From IMG/VR virus record IMGVR_UViG_3300037440_000397, positions 1 through 64,000 of that record: a DNA stretch of 64,000 nt; one strand, written 5' to 3'. Source of the DNA: an uncultured virus (IMG/VR IMGVR_UViG_3300037440_000397). Lineage: Duplodnaviria; Heunggongvirae; Uroviricota; Caudoviricetes. Positions 38,715-47,811 of the stretch are shown here, one piece after another; within the stretch, counting starts at the first letter, position 1; every line of letters begins with the position of its first letter. The translations under genes and the position numbers were made by a program. Under the pieces are notes generated by a model. It saw only the letters and a list, made by a program, of their open reading frames with translations. It did no database searches and was not told the origin of the DNA.

Positions 38715-39893
38715 CTACGGTGCGGCGAACTTGGCGGGCGCCACGATCATGGCCTGCGTCGGGTCGGACAGGTCGGTTGCCGTACGCGTGACCGCGATCC
38801 ACGCGATGAGCGCGCCGTTACCCACGATGAGCGGGTTCACGACGTGCCCGGACTGGCCGATCGCGTTCACGGCCGCCGACAGACTGGAGTAGGTGGCCTG
38901 CCCGTACTGGAACGCCAACTGTGTGGATGCTTCGCCCGTGCCGAACAGCCACAGCCGGTGAATGCTGGACGTGTTGGCGCCTCCACCGATCGGAGTGATG
39001 ACGCCCCCGTTGTCGAAGTTCGCAACGTCCACCGTGTTGACCAGTGGACCGAACACGGTTCCCGTCGCGGTGATGTACCGGAACTGTGACGGGGACTGAG
39101 ACGGCACCGTGACGATGTGCGGGCTGTCGGTGAGAACGCCGCTGATGAAATGGGAGAACGCGCGGGCGAACATCTGCCCCGACGACTGGTCGATCATCAG
39201 GTTGGCGCCGTTCGCGGTGACGATGTTCCCTGAGATGGAGAACGGACCCAGCGAATCCATCAGATCAGCAAGCTGGTTCGCCGGCTGCGCCAGGATCACC
39301 GGCAGGGTCTGCACCACCACGACCGTGCCGGAGAAGAACGTCGTCACCCCGAGCGCGAGATGCGTACGCCGCTGCTCGGGCGTCGGCTTGGTCCCCTGCT
39401 GAATGACGTTCGCCGACGAGTCCATGAGCCACCACGTCACCGACCGCAGCAACGACGCCGCATCCAAAGCAACGGTCTGGTCCGCGGTCTTTATCCGCGT
39501 CACCGCAGGCTCGGACTGGTCGCCCGCGAGGTAGTCGACGATGTAGCCGTCCAGTGCGCTGATGTCGATCGCCGCAGGGTTGCCCGCGTTCGGGTTGAGT
39601 TCGCCGCCCGAGGCGATACCGGTGGACAGGTCGGCTTGCTCCTGCGTCATGCCTACGCTGACGAGGAAGCTTTCGGTGTCGAGGTGGACCCAGTAGGTTC
39701 CGGACTCGGCCCAGAAGGTGAGCACGCCTGCGCCATTGGTGGCTGTCGGGTTGGCCAGCGGGGTGGCGCCTGTCGCATCAGTGAACAGTGATGCGAACGC
39801 GGTCGAGCCCTCCGGGAACACCCGCGTCTCAATGTTCGCCGCCAGCGCCCCGGAGGGAAACCAGAACCGATCGCTGTACCGGGCCAGAGCCAC
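38715..39893 (-). CDS. Virion-associated hypothetical protein
   Basis: Structural operon; beta-rich. Confidence 0.65.
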   Translation of the reverse strand: MALARYSDRFWFPSGALAANIETRVFPEGSTAFASLFTDATGATPLANPTATNGAGVLTFWAESGTYWVHLDTESFLVSVGMTQEQADLSTGIASGGELNPNAGNPAAIDISALDGYIVDYLAGDQSEPAVTRIKTADQTVALDAASLLRSVTWWLMDSSANVIQQGTKPTPEQRRTHLALGVTTFFSGTVVVVQTLPVILAQPANQLADLMDSLGPFSISGNIVTANGANLMIDQSSGQMFARAFSHFISGVLTDSPHIVTVPSQSPSQFRYITATGTVFGPLVNTVDVANFDNGGVITPIGGGANTSSIHRLWLFGTGEASTQLAFQYGQATYSSLSAAVNAIGQSGHVVNPLIVGNGALIAWIAVTRTATDLSDPTQAMIVAPAKFAAP

Positions 39894-39911
39894 ACCCAAC
39901 CCCCTTTCACA

Positions 39912-40499
39912 TCACGTGGTGGTTTCGTCGACGATCAGCCCGAGGTTCGCCAGCACAGTCAGCAGCGACGCGAGCGCAGTCCCATCAGTGCGTGACCCCG
40001 TCACCGTCTGCTGGGACACTGGTGTCACGCCGTGAAAAGCAAGCTGATCGTTGTCGGGGTCGATGACATGACGGACCGCCCCGTACAAGGCGTCAACGAA
40101 CTCGCGTCGCCCCGCATGCTGCGCGTTCAGGGCGTCCGCCGAGTACCGGTCGTACGCGCGCTGCGTCCCGTCGAAACCAGTACCCGACCAGTTGGAGACG
40201 ATCAGGTCGGCGCCCGTCGCCTCCAGGTCGAGGGCGCTGCCGCCGCGGCGGAACCGGTAGCCCTTCTCCGTATCGGAAACCGTGAGATCGCCGTCGGATA
40301 CCCGAGCATTCCCCGTGACGTTGAGGCCACTCAGAGACGCGCTGCCGTCCTCAATCGCAGAGACCCGCTCACCGACACCAGTGACGGTGTCAGAGAGCGT
40401 GCTCACATCCACCTGGGTGGCGAACGTTTCGTCGGCGTACGCCCGGTCACCGTGAGGGTCCGCGACGGCGACATGCGCCTGCAGCAGACTCATGGCCAT
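39912..40499 (-). CDS. Virion-associated hypothetical (fibre-like) protein
   Basis: Structural operon; DPHGDR motif. Confidence 0.6.
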   Translation of the reverse strand: MAMSLLQAHVAVADPHGDRAYADETFATQVDVSTLSDTVTGVGERVSAIEDGSASLSGLNVTGNARVSDGDLTVSDTEKGYRFRRGGSALDLEATGADLIVSNWSGTGFDGTQRAYDRYSADALNAQHAGRREFVDALYGAVRHVIDPDNDQLAFHGVTPVSQQTVTGSRTDGTALASLLTVLANLGLIVDETTT

Positions 40500-40508
40500 G
40501 GCGACGGC

Positions 40509-41186
40509 CTAAGCGGCGAGGGTCGTCGGGTCACACGCCACCGTCGGCGGAGCGGTGGTGGTCACGTTGAACACCCAGTGCTCATCCGTATCCACGATCT
40601 CACCGGCAGGAAGCCAGTCCGCCCCCACGAGGGTGTCCCACGACGCCGACGCGCCCCGCGTCTCCGCCGTGAACTCCAACGCGGAGCGGCCGAGTTCGAT
40701 CGTGTACCCCTGCTTCTGCACCGCGCCCACGTTCGGCCACGCGTGGTAGACGTACTGCTGCTGCCCCGACGCATCACACGCCGCGGCGCCGGCGACTTCC
40801 TGCCACACCTCCAGGCTGAACCGGTTCGTCGGATTGCCCTCCGCCAGCGCGAAGCCGGTCCCGGTGGTCGGGGTACCGGTGACGAGCTCGCGGGCCGAAA
40901 GGATGTAGGCGACCGCAGACACGTTGATCTCACACAACTGCACCGTCAGCACGACCCGCTTCATCGTCGGGTCGTCTTTCTGATTCACGCACGGGGCGCC
41001 GGCAGCGTTGCGTTCGAAGAACTCCTCGCCGTCCTCGTACTCCTCCGCGGACTCGACGGAGACGAAGCTGTTGGTGACGGCGACGAGCCCGGAGGCGCCG
41101 GTGACGGGGATGCCGCAGGCGTCGAGGGCGACGATACGGAAGTGCGTGCCCTTGACGGGGACGACGCATGTGGAAGTGGCAGCCAT
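40509..41186 (-). CDS. Major tail protein
   Basis: R...LDACG...EYEDGEEFF..NAAG..C. Confidence 0.8.
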   Translation of the reverse strand: MAATSTCVVPVKGTHFRIVALDACGIPVTGASGLVAVTNSFVSVESAEEYEDGEEFFERNAAGAPCVNQKDDPTMKRVVLTVQLCEINVSAVAYILSARELVTGTPTTGTGFALAEGNPTNRFSLEVWQEVAGAAACDASGQQQYVYHAWPNVGAVQKQGYTIELGRSALEFTAETRGASASWDTLVGADWLPAGEIVDTDEHWVFNVTTTAPPTVACDPTTLAA

Positions 41187-41195
41187 GGTGTCTCC

Positions 41196-42077
41196 CTAGG
41201 TGGTGGGCACGCCGAGGTTGAGGTGAGCGCCGATCAGGCAACACTCGAAGCCGAGGACGTACGTGCGTTCGGCGATCATTCGGAGAGTGTTCGCGGCGCG
41301 GTCGATGGAGTCCCGCGGCGCATGGAATGCGACGTTGCCCCGGTAGCCGAACAGGCCACCGGTGGCGTAGATCCACGCCGTTCCCGCATCCGGTGTGGTG
41401 CCGTCGGGTGCGCTGCCGGTGTAGCCGCCGCCGACGACGACACGGTTGCCTCCGGTCGTGTACAGGGCGCCGTCGCGTTCGGCGATGAGGTTCCAGGAGG
41501 CGAAGGTGGGCAGCACTTGGCGTGGGATGTGGATGACGCCTTGTCCGGCGTAGCAGTCGCCGAGGCAGTCCTCCAGGGCGCCGAGTGCGTGGGCTGCGTC
41601 GGCTCCGGTCACGCATGTTGATGCGGTCGGCTGCAACAGGATGCTCTGCGTGTCGGATACGTCCGCTGCTGCGGCGAGGTGCGGGAACACGAGGGTTTGT
41701 GCGCCTGCGGTGCCGGTCCAGAACGCTGCTTCGAGCTGCTGGTTTTCGACGCGTGCCAGTGCGTCCGCCGCGACCTCGGCCGCGTCGCCGAGGCCGACGG
41801 GTGAGCAGTCGAACTCGGTGAACACGGTGAACGGGGTAGCGCCGCGGAATGTCTGGTCGACATTGTCGGCCTTCGCGGCAGGTTCGGGGGGTGCGCCGGT
41901 GCCGGTGACGGACAGGCACTCGTCGTACGTTGTGCCGCCGGCCGGGCAGCGTTCGATCCAGGTGACACCCTGCTGCCAGTGCGGATTGTCGATGGACGGT
42001 TTCTGTACGGCGTCCCACAGGCCGTAGGGCAGTGGGGTGAACGCCGGTGGGTCGATGATTTGGCGTGCTCCGGCCAC
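41196..42077 (-). CDS. Minor capsid protein
   Basis: Directly follows MCP; YGL...W..G...AERTY. Confidence 0.7.
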   Translation of the reverse strand: MAGARQIIDPPAFTPLPYGLWDAVQKPSIDNPHWQQGVTWIERCPAGGTTYDECLSVTGTGAPPEPAAKADNVDQTFRGATPFTVFTEFDCSPVGLGDAAEVAADALARVENQQLEAAFWTGTAGAQTLVFPHLAAAADVSDTQSILLQPTASTCVTGADAAHALGALEDCLGDCYAGQGVIHIPRQVLPTFASWNLIAERDGALYTTGGNRVVVGGGYTGSAPDGTTPDAGTAWIYATGGLFGYRGNVAFHAPRDSIDRAANTLRMIAERTYVLGFECCLIGAHLNLGVPTT

Positions 42078-42116
42078 CGGCGCTCACCCCTTCCTGCTCA
42101 CTCGGTTGGCTGCCGG

Positions 42117-43868
42117 TCAGACGCGGGCTTCGTCACCGAGGAGCGCACCCGTGGCGCCCTTGACGTTGAACGGCACCGTGTACCGACGGGACTCGTGGCC
42201 GACGCGGGCGATGAGGTGGCACTCTTCCGACCACAGCGCGGTGTGGTCGTTGGTCTGGTTGAGGACCGAGTCACGGACCACGCCGAGGTCGAGGCTCATG
42301 CCTGTGCCGCGGACGAAGGTGCCGGCCGGGTAGATGAGGAAGTCGACCGTCGTCGGCCACGCGGTCAGCGCGGTCGCGTTGCCGAACTGGCTCGTGCCGC
42401 GGACCTGCCAGTCGTCGACCCACTGGACGCGCACGTTGCGGTCGGTGAAGTAGCTGGTGATCTGCTCGTTGGACACGGCCGGGAGTTCCACCCCAGCCTT
42501 CCAAGCGAGGTCAGCGCGAAGCACTTCGCGAACCCAGGACGGCAGGACGACTTCGAGGACGTCGTCGATGCACATGCCGAACCGCTCGCGGACGTCGGTC
42601 GCGGCGAGGCCCACGCTGTTGTAGATGCGGGGTGCGGCGGAGTCGTCGACCTCGCCTCCGATGGTGATTGCGGCGGTGGAGTCGGCGACCATCTGCGCGA
42701 TGAAGCGGGCGTTCATGGCGTGGTCGTGGGCCGTCATCAGCAGCCTGATCATGTGCTGCGTCGCCTCGGGGTACGCCGAGTCGGTGAGGTTGCCTGCGGT
42801 GAGGCAGATACCGAAGCACTCCAGCCGTTCCTCCGAGAAGGTGGGGCACGGCACCCGGACGCACGGCTTCGTCGGCGAGCCGGTCGCGGCGGCGATGTCG
42901 TCGGCTTCGGTCCACAGCCACGGCGCGGACGCGTTGGTGAACTCGACGGCGAACCCGCCGAACGCGATGCTGCCGACGGTGTCCGCCAGCGACGGCGATA
43001 CGGGGAACTGGATGCCCCCCCTTGTGACACCGAAGGTCGGCAGGTCGATCATGCCGCTGGAGCAGGCGATGTTGAAGAAGTCGTAGCGGATCTCGCTGGG
43101 TGCGCACCAGCCGCCGCCCGCGACGAGCGCATCCTGCTTGTCCTGCGAGGTCAGGAAGTCGAACAGTTCCTTGACCTGCGCGGGGCTCGACCGGTCGTCG
43201 AGGGTGTGCTCGTGCTCGTTGCGGATGCTCGCGACGAGCTGGTAATTCGGGTTGCCGTTCGTCTCGGGCATCGACTTGGCCTTGCGGTTGACCACGTCGG
43301 TGAGGCCGCTGAGGCTGCGGACTGCGTCGCCGTGGGCGACGCCGGGGATGTCGACGGAGGCAGTGACCGCGAGGCGCTGGGTGGGGACCTTGGGCTTCGG
43401 CGCGTGCGCGGCGGTCTCGGCGAGACTGGCGGTCGCGCGGCGGGCGATCTCCTCGGGGCGGACGCTGCCCCCGCGTCGGTCGGTCATGAGTGCGGCCATG
43501 CCTGCAGTGACTCCGCGGGCTGCTGCGGCGGCGATGGCTTCGACGTCGATGGGTGCGGCCGGTGTGGTGCCGGGGGTGGTGGTGTCGCCGTGGACGCGTT
43601 CCTTGAGTGCGGCGAGTTGTTCGCCGACGCGGGTGCGCTGGAGTTCGGCGTTGGCCTGGGCGCGGACTTCGCGTACGGAGAGTTCGGCGCGGATGCGGTC
43701 GAGGTCGTCGGCGAGACGCATCGCGTACTGGAGGGTTTCGGGGTCGACGTCGTCGATGGCTTCGACGCGTTCGAACTCGGTGGCGCCTCGGGTTTCGAGG
43801 TCGGTGAGGTCGTCGTCGCTGACGAGGGTGAGGTCGGGTGGGGCGTTGAACAGTTCTTCTGCGGGCAC
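42117..43868 (-). CDS. Major capsid protein with N-terminal scaffold segment
   Basis: LVAGGGWCAPSEIRYD, RGGI, KPC, LGVVRDS.LN.TND. Confidence 0.88.
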   Translation of the reverse strand: MPAEELFNAPPDLTLVSDDDLTDLETRGATEFERVEAIDDVDPETLQYAMRLADDLDRIRAELSVREVRAQANAELQRTRVGEQLAALKERVHGDTTTPGTTPAAPIDVEAIAAAAARGVTAGMAALMTDRRGGSVRPEEIARRATASLAETAAHAPKPKVPTQRLAVTASVDIPGVAHGDAVRSLSGLTDVVNRKAKSMPETNGNPNYQLVASIRNEHEHTLDDRSSPAQVKELFDFLTSQDKQDALVAGGGWCAPSEIRYDFFNIACSSGMIDLPTFGVTRGGIQFPVSPSLADTVGSIAFGGFAVEFTNASAPWLWTEADDIAAATGSPTKPCVRVPCPTFSEERLECFGICLTAGNLTDSAYPEATQHMIRLLMTAHDHAMNARFIAQMVADSTAAITIGGEVDDSAAPRIYNSVGLAATDVRERFGMCIDDVLEVVLPSWVREVLRADLAWKAGVELPAVSNEQITSYFTDRNVRVQWVDDWQVRGTSQFGNATALTAWPTTVDFLIYPAGTFVRGTGMSLDLGVVRDSVLNQTNDHTALWSEECHLIARVGHESRRYTVPFNVKGATGALLGDEARV

Positions 43869-44025
43869 GGCCGCCTCCACGTTCGTCGGAGGGTTGTGTT
43901 TGCGTGCCCGCTTGTTGAGTTGCGCCGGTAGCGGGCGCATCCGGCGCAACTCAAGGCGAAGGGTATCCGCTAGCACACTGTGCTGCAATGTTCAACTATA
44001 TTGACCGGACCAGTGAACCTAATGG

Positions 44026-44088
44026 TCAGGCGCTCGGAGAGGGCGGCGGAGGGGGCGCCGGACGCCGCTTCTTATTGCAACTGCACAC
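44026..44088 (-). CDS. 20-aa micro-protein MCSCNKKRRPAPPPPPSPSA
   Basis: GGAGGTGA RBS before GTG; CxC start. Confidence 0.55.
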   Translation of the reverse strand: MCSCNKKRRPAPPPPPSPSA

Positions 44089-44094
44089 GCTTGC

Positions 44095-47000
44095 TCACCT
44101 CCCTCCCGGGTGGACGCGACGCGACAGCATCCGCATCACAATCCGTACCGCATCACGCTCGGTCTGCTCCTGCGAGCGGCCCCACGCAACCGTCGGCCGA
44201 CCAGCCGCCACCAGCGCCTGCGGCTCACCCGACGCGACACGGGCCCGCATCTTCGGCACCGGGAACCCCGGCACATTCACCGCCAGCAACCCCACCAGCC
44301 GAAGCTCCCCGCCGATCCGCCGCCAGTCCCCACTGACCTGGCCCGCGGCCTGAAGCTCGTATACCTTCAACGGATCAGCGCCCGGACGGACCGCGCCCGC
44401 GACCCAGATCCCGTGCGCGTCGTTACCCACCGCGACATCGGCGACCGCAGCACCCGTGTTGTCGTAGTGCTCCGCCGCCGGAGACGCACCCATGTGCAGC
44501 GGCGCATGCCCGGTACCGACGGTGATCTGACCGACCGCCACCCGGGACCCGTCGTCGCACTTCACCTCACCCGTCCGGTAGTACGGGTGCGCGTCTTCGT
44601 GCGGCGGCTGCACACACACACCCTCCTGCCCGATGTGGCAGGAACCCCACTGCGCAGCATGCCCGTAGATCCGGCCGTCGTCCGTGATCGTGATCGGTGT
44701 CGGCAGGCTGAGCTTCGGATCAGAGAACCAGGCGGCTTGCGGTTGCCGTACTGCTGCTGAAGCAGACATGGAGCCGCCCATGCCGTAGTCGCACCCGTCT
44801 TCTTCCGCAGCTGACATCAGGCTGCCAGCGGACACGCCAAGGGCTCGAGCGAAACCCGCCAACCGGTCCTCGGGCGGGCAGTTGATGTCTCCGGCGATGA
44901 TCTCATTGACGGTGCCGGTGCTGATTCCAGCCGCGTTCGCCATGTCGGCGATGATGTCGGCCCGGCTCGTGTCCTCATCCATCTTCCGTTCGATGGCGCG
45001 GTTCAGTGCTCCTGCCAGCGAAGAGCCGAATGCGTGACGAGAGTTTCCAGCGAGAGTTCCGGCCCTCATGTTCAGCTCGGGCGGCTCCCGGTCGGCGTCC
45101 CGCAGATGCCCGGCGAGGTGGTTGTAGACGCCTTGGAAGTCGGCCCGCGGGATCGTCGTGCCGCCGCGGCCACCGTTCAGGATGCCGATCCCCGTAGAGC
45201 AGGCCGTCAGGTTCGCCGCCCCCGGGCTGCCGTCCGCGCCGACCTCGTGATGAATGAACCGGGCGGCATCCTTGACGAGTTCACCGTCTTCGATGCGGTC
45301 GTCATCAATCCACGCGTACGCGTTCCGCGCGGTCGCCACCGTCATCGGCGACGGAAGACGCGCCTCGTTGGCCGGGCCGTCCCAGTCGCCTTCGGAGGTT
45401 GCGGTGTCGTGCGTGCCGACCGCGCCAAACTTCTCTGCCACTGCGGCTTCGCCGACCGGCTGCCCGCCGGCCACCACAGCGCCCTCCTCGTCGAGGAGCG
45501 CGACATAGGCTTCGGCGAACGCGGGGATGTCGACGAGGGTGGCGCCGCGGATGCGGCCGCCGTGGAAAATCATCTTCTCCGGCTGCGCGAACAGCATCTC
45601 GAGCAGGTCGCCCTCGTCGCCGTCTTCCATGCCGGCGTTGACGTCGTCGGGCCACACGAACTCGACGTCGGCGTCCGCGATGGAGTCGGCGTCGATGCTG
45701 ACGCCGCGGAGGAACTCGCCCTTCAACTTGTCGTAGGCCCGTTGTCCGTTGTCGTCGGACAGGTCGAGAACCCCGGCGCCCATGATCTTGTTGTCGTCGC
45801 GCCAGATGCGGTCGATGCGGCCGACGTTGACAGCCTTGGTGCGCGCCTCCCCACCGTGGGAGTCTTCGATGTTCCACCGCAGCGGTATCGGGAGGTCGGC
45901 CCAGGTGAGCGCTCCGGGTGCGAATTCGCGGCCGTCGCCGGTGACGATGCCTTCGACGGCGAGGACGCCTTCCCATGAGGGGGTCTCGCCTGTGTAGCCG
46001 ATCCTGCGGACGTCGTCTTCGTCGTCGCGCTGTGGCCGGTTGCCTTCTTCGGCGAGCAGGGTGCGGGCCTGGTCCTCGGCGTCGGTTTCGGTTGCGTGGC
46101 AGCCCATGAGTTCGTCGGTGGCTTCTTTTACGACGGCCCACGGCGTATCGGCACCGCAGTCCGGGTGGTCTTGCACGATGCTGTACGGCACGCTGCCGCC
46201 TCCTTGCTCGTGGTGTGTCGGCGGCATTGTGTCCGCGGAAGCCGCCAAGATCATTCCGGCGGCTGCTGCCTGCTCGTCTCCCTGCGGCCAGACGGTGACC
46301 AACGTGCCCCTGCAGCGGGAGCCGCCGAGGCAACCCGTGTAGCCGCCCGACGGGTAGGCGGCGCGGGCGTCGGGCAGGGTGGTGTAGCGGGTGCCGTCGA
46401 TGTCGCGACATGGGGAACATGAGTTGCGGTCGAGGATCTCGCTGGCCGTGTACTCGGCAGGCGGTGCGACTGCGAGGACGGCCATGCGGCCCTCGTTCTG
46501 CGCCGCCGACATGGCGGCGCCGACCTGCTCCTCAACTGCCGCACCCGACAGGGACGCGAGGTGCTCATCCACCTGCGCCGCAACCTGCTCCGCCGACCCC
46601 GAACCCCACACCCGCATCGCCTGACGGACCGCGGACTGCACCAGCCCCACACCCAGGTAGCGGGCTGTCGTACGGCCGACTTGGCGGAGCCGGTCCCGGA
46701 TCGCCGCGGCGGTCAGCGCCTCATCGTCGAGGGACCATTCGGGAATGTCGACGCCCTGCGCTTCGGCCTCCGCCTGCTGCTGCTCGCCTGCCTCCCGCGC
46801 GTACGCGATCATGCGGGCGATGAGGAGGCGCGCCCCGTCCTCGGTGTCGACGGTCAGTCCGTCGAGCAGGTCCAAGTTGTCAGCCTCCGCCGCGGCTTGG
46901 ATGCTGGCGGTGATCTCGGCGCGCATCGCCTCCTGCACGCTGGCCCACGCCTCGACCGTGCCGTCTACGGCTTCGTGCCAGGCCTTGTCCATCTGCGTGA

Positions 47001-47811
47001 AGTCAGCGCGGGACGCGAGTTCGAGTTCGGTGGGCTGGCGGCGCAACGGACCGGCCGCCGCGGTTCGAGCGGTGGTTCGTGTGCGGCCGGTGACGCGGAC
47101 GGGGACACCGAGTTCGGCAGCGAGTCCTTCGGCGGCCGTGCACATCGCGTCCAAGAGCAAGGCGCCGCCGCGGTTGGTCTCCACCTCGACATGGACGACG
47201 TCCTCGTCCCACCTCGGGGTGAGGACGCGGGCGGAGGCGGTGACGTCGCCGCCGAGGGGGATGTCAGTGTGCTCCCCGGCGAACGCCACGCGGACGCGGT
47301 CGAAGGTGACCGACCCGAGGCGCTCCTCCAACGCGATGATGAGATCCAGCTCGTCGGAGTACGCGGCACAGATGCGCGGCTGCCAGGGCGTGTACTGGTC
47401 GGGAAGGTTCTCCGCGTCGAGGACGTTCGCCACCGAGTAACGGGCGGCGTCGTAGGCGTTCGCCAGTGCAGGTGCTACGGCCGGGCGGCCGTCGCCGCGA
47501 TCGTCGCCGACGGCCCACACCCACGACGGGGAGTCGCCGTCGGAGTTCCAGTGGTTCGCGCCGAAGATCCGCGCCTCGATGGGCTGCCCGATCCAGTTGG
47601 CGTAGTCGGCGACTTGGTCGATGAGAGCGCGCCGCTCTTCGTCGGTGAACACGCTGCCGTCGTCGCCGAGGAAGTACAGCGTGCAGTGCAGATCCTCGGC
47701 AGCCTCGCCGCCCTCGATCGCCAGCCGCGCCGCGTCCTCCGGCGTGGGCATCAGCGCAATCATCGCGCCAGAGGTGTGCGAGCCGTCAGCGGCGGCCGTG
47801 AGCGAACCCAT
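44095..47811 (-). CDS. Head morphogenesis polyprotein: 2H phosphoesterase-like, MuF-like, capsid maturation protease and HTH insert
   Basis: LHCTL; C..C...D G...CLGG.RCRG; EG..TGDGR, GVSID, TLVDIPAF; AGISTGTVNEII. Confidence 0.8.
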   Translation of the reverse strand: MGSLTAAADGSHTSGAMIALMPTPEDAARLAIEGGEAAEDLHCTLYFLGDDGSVFTDEERRALIDQVADYANWIGQPIEARIFGANHWNSDGDSPSWVWAVGDDRGDGRPAVAPALANAYDAARYSVANVLDAENLPDQYTPWQPRICAAYSDELDLIIALEERLGSVTFDRVRVAFAGEHTDIPLGGDVTASARVLTPRWDEDVVHVEVETNRGGALLLDAMCTAAEGLAAELGVPVRVTGRTRTTARTAAAGPLRRQPTELELASRADFTQMDKAWHEAVDGTVEAWASVQEAMRAEITASIQAAAEADNLDLLDGLTVDTEDGARLLIARMIAYAREAGEQQQAEAEAQGVDIPEWSLDDEALTAAAIRDRLRQVGRTTARYLGVGLVQSAVRQAMRVWGSGSAEQVAAQVDEHLASLSGAAVEEQVGAAMSAAQNEGRMAVLAVAPPAEYTASEILDRNSCSPCRDIDGTRYTTLPDARAAYPSGGYTGCLGGSRCRGTLVTVWPQGDEQAAAAGMILAASADTMPPTHHEQGGGSVPYSIVQDHPDCGADTPWAVVKEATDELMGCHATETDAEDQARTLLAEEGNRPQRDDEDDVRRIGYTGETPSWEGVLAVEGIVTGDGREFAPGALTWADLPIPLRWNIEDSHGGEARTKAVNVGRIDRIWRDDNKIMGAGVLDLSDDNGQRAYDKLKGEFLRGVSIDADSIADADVEFVWPDDVNAGMEDGDEGDLLEMLFAQPEKMIFHGGRIRGATLVDIPAFAEAYVALLDEEGAVVAGGQPVGEAAVAEKFGAVGTHDTATSEGDWDGPANEARLPSPMTVATARNAYAWIDDDRIEDGELVKDAARFIHHEVGADGSPGAANLTACSTGIGILNGGRGGTTIPRADFQGVYNHLAGHLRDADREPPELNMRAGTLAGNSRHAFGSSLAGALNRAIERKMDEDTSRADIIADMANAAGISTGTVNEIIAGDINCPPEDRLAGFARALGVSAGSLMSAAEEDGCDYGMGGSMSASAAVRQPQAAWFSDPKLSLPTPITITDDGRIYGHAAQWGSCHIGQEGVCVQPPHEDAHPYYRTGEVKCDDGSRVAVGQITVGTGHAPLHMGASPAAEHYDNTGAAVADVAVGNDAHGIWVAGAVRPGADPLKVYELQAAGQVSGDWRRIGGELRLVGLLAVNVPGFPVPKMRARVASGEPQALVAAGRPTVAWGRSQEQTERDAVRIVMRMLSRRVHPGGR

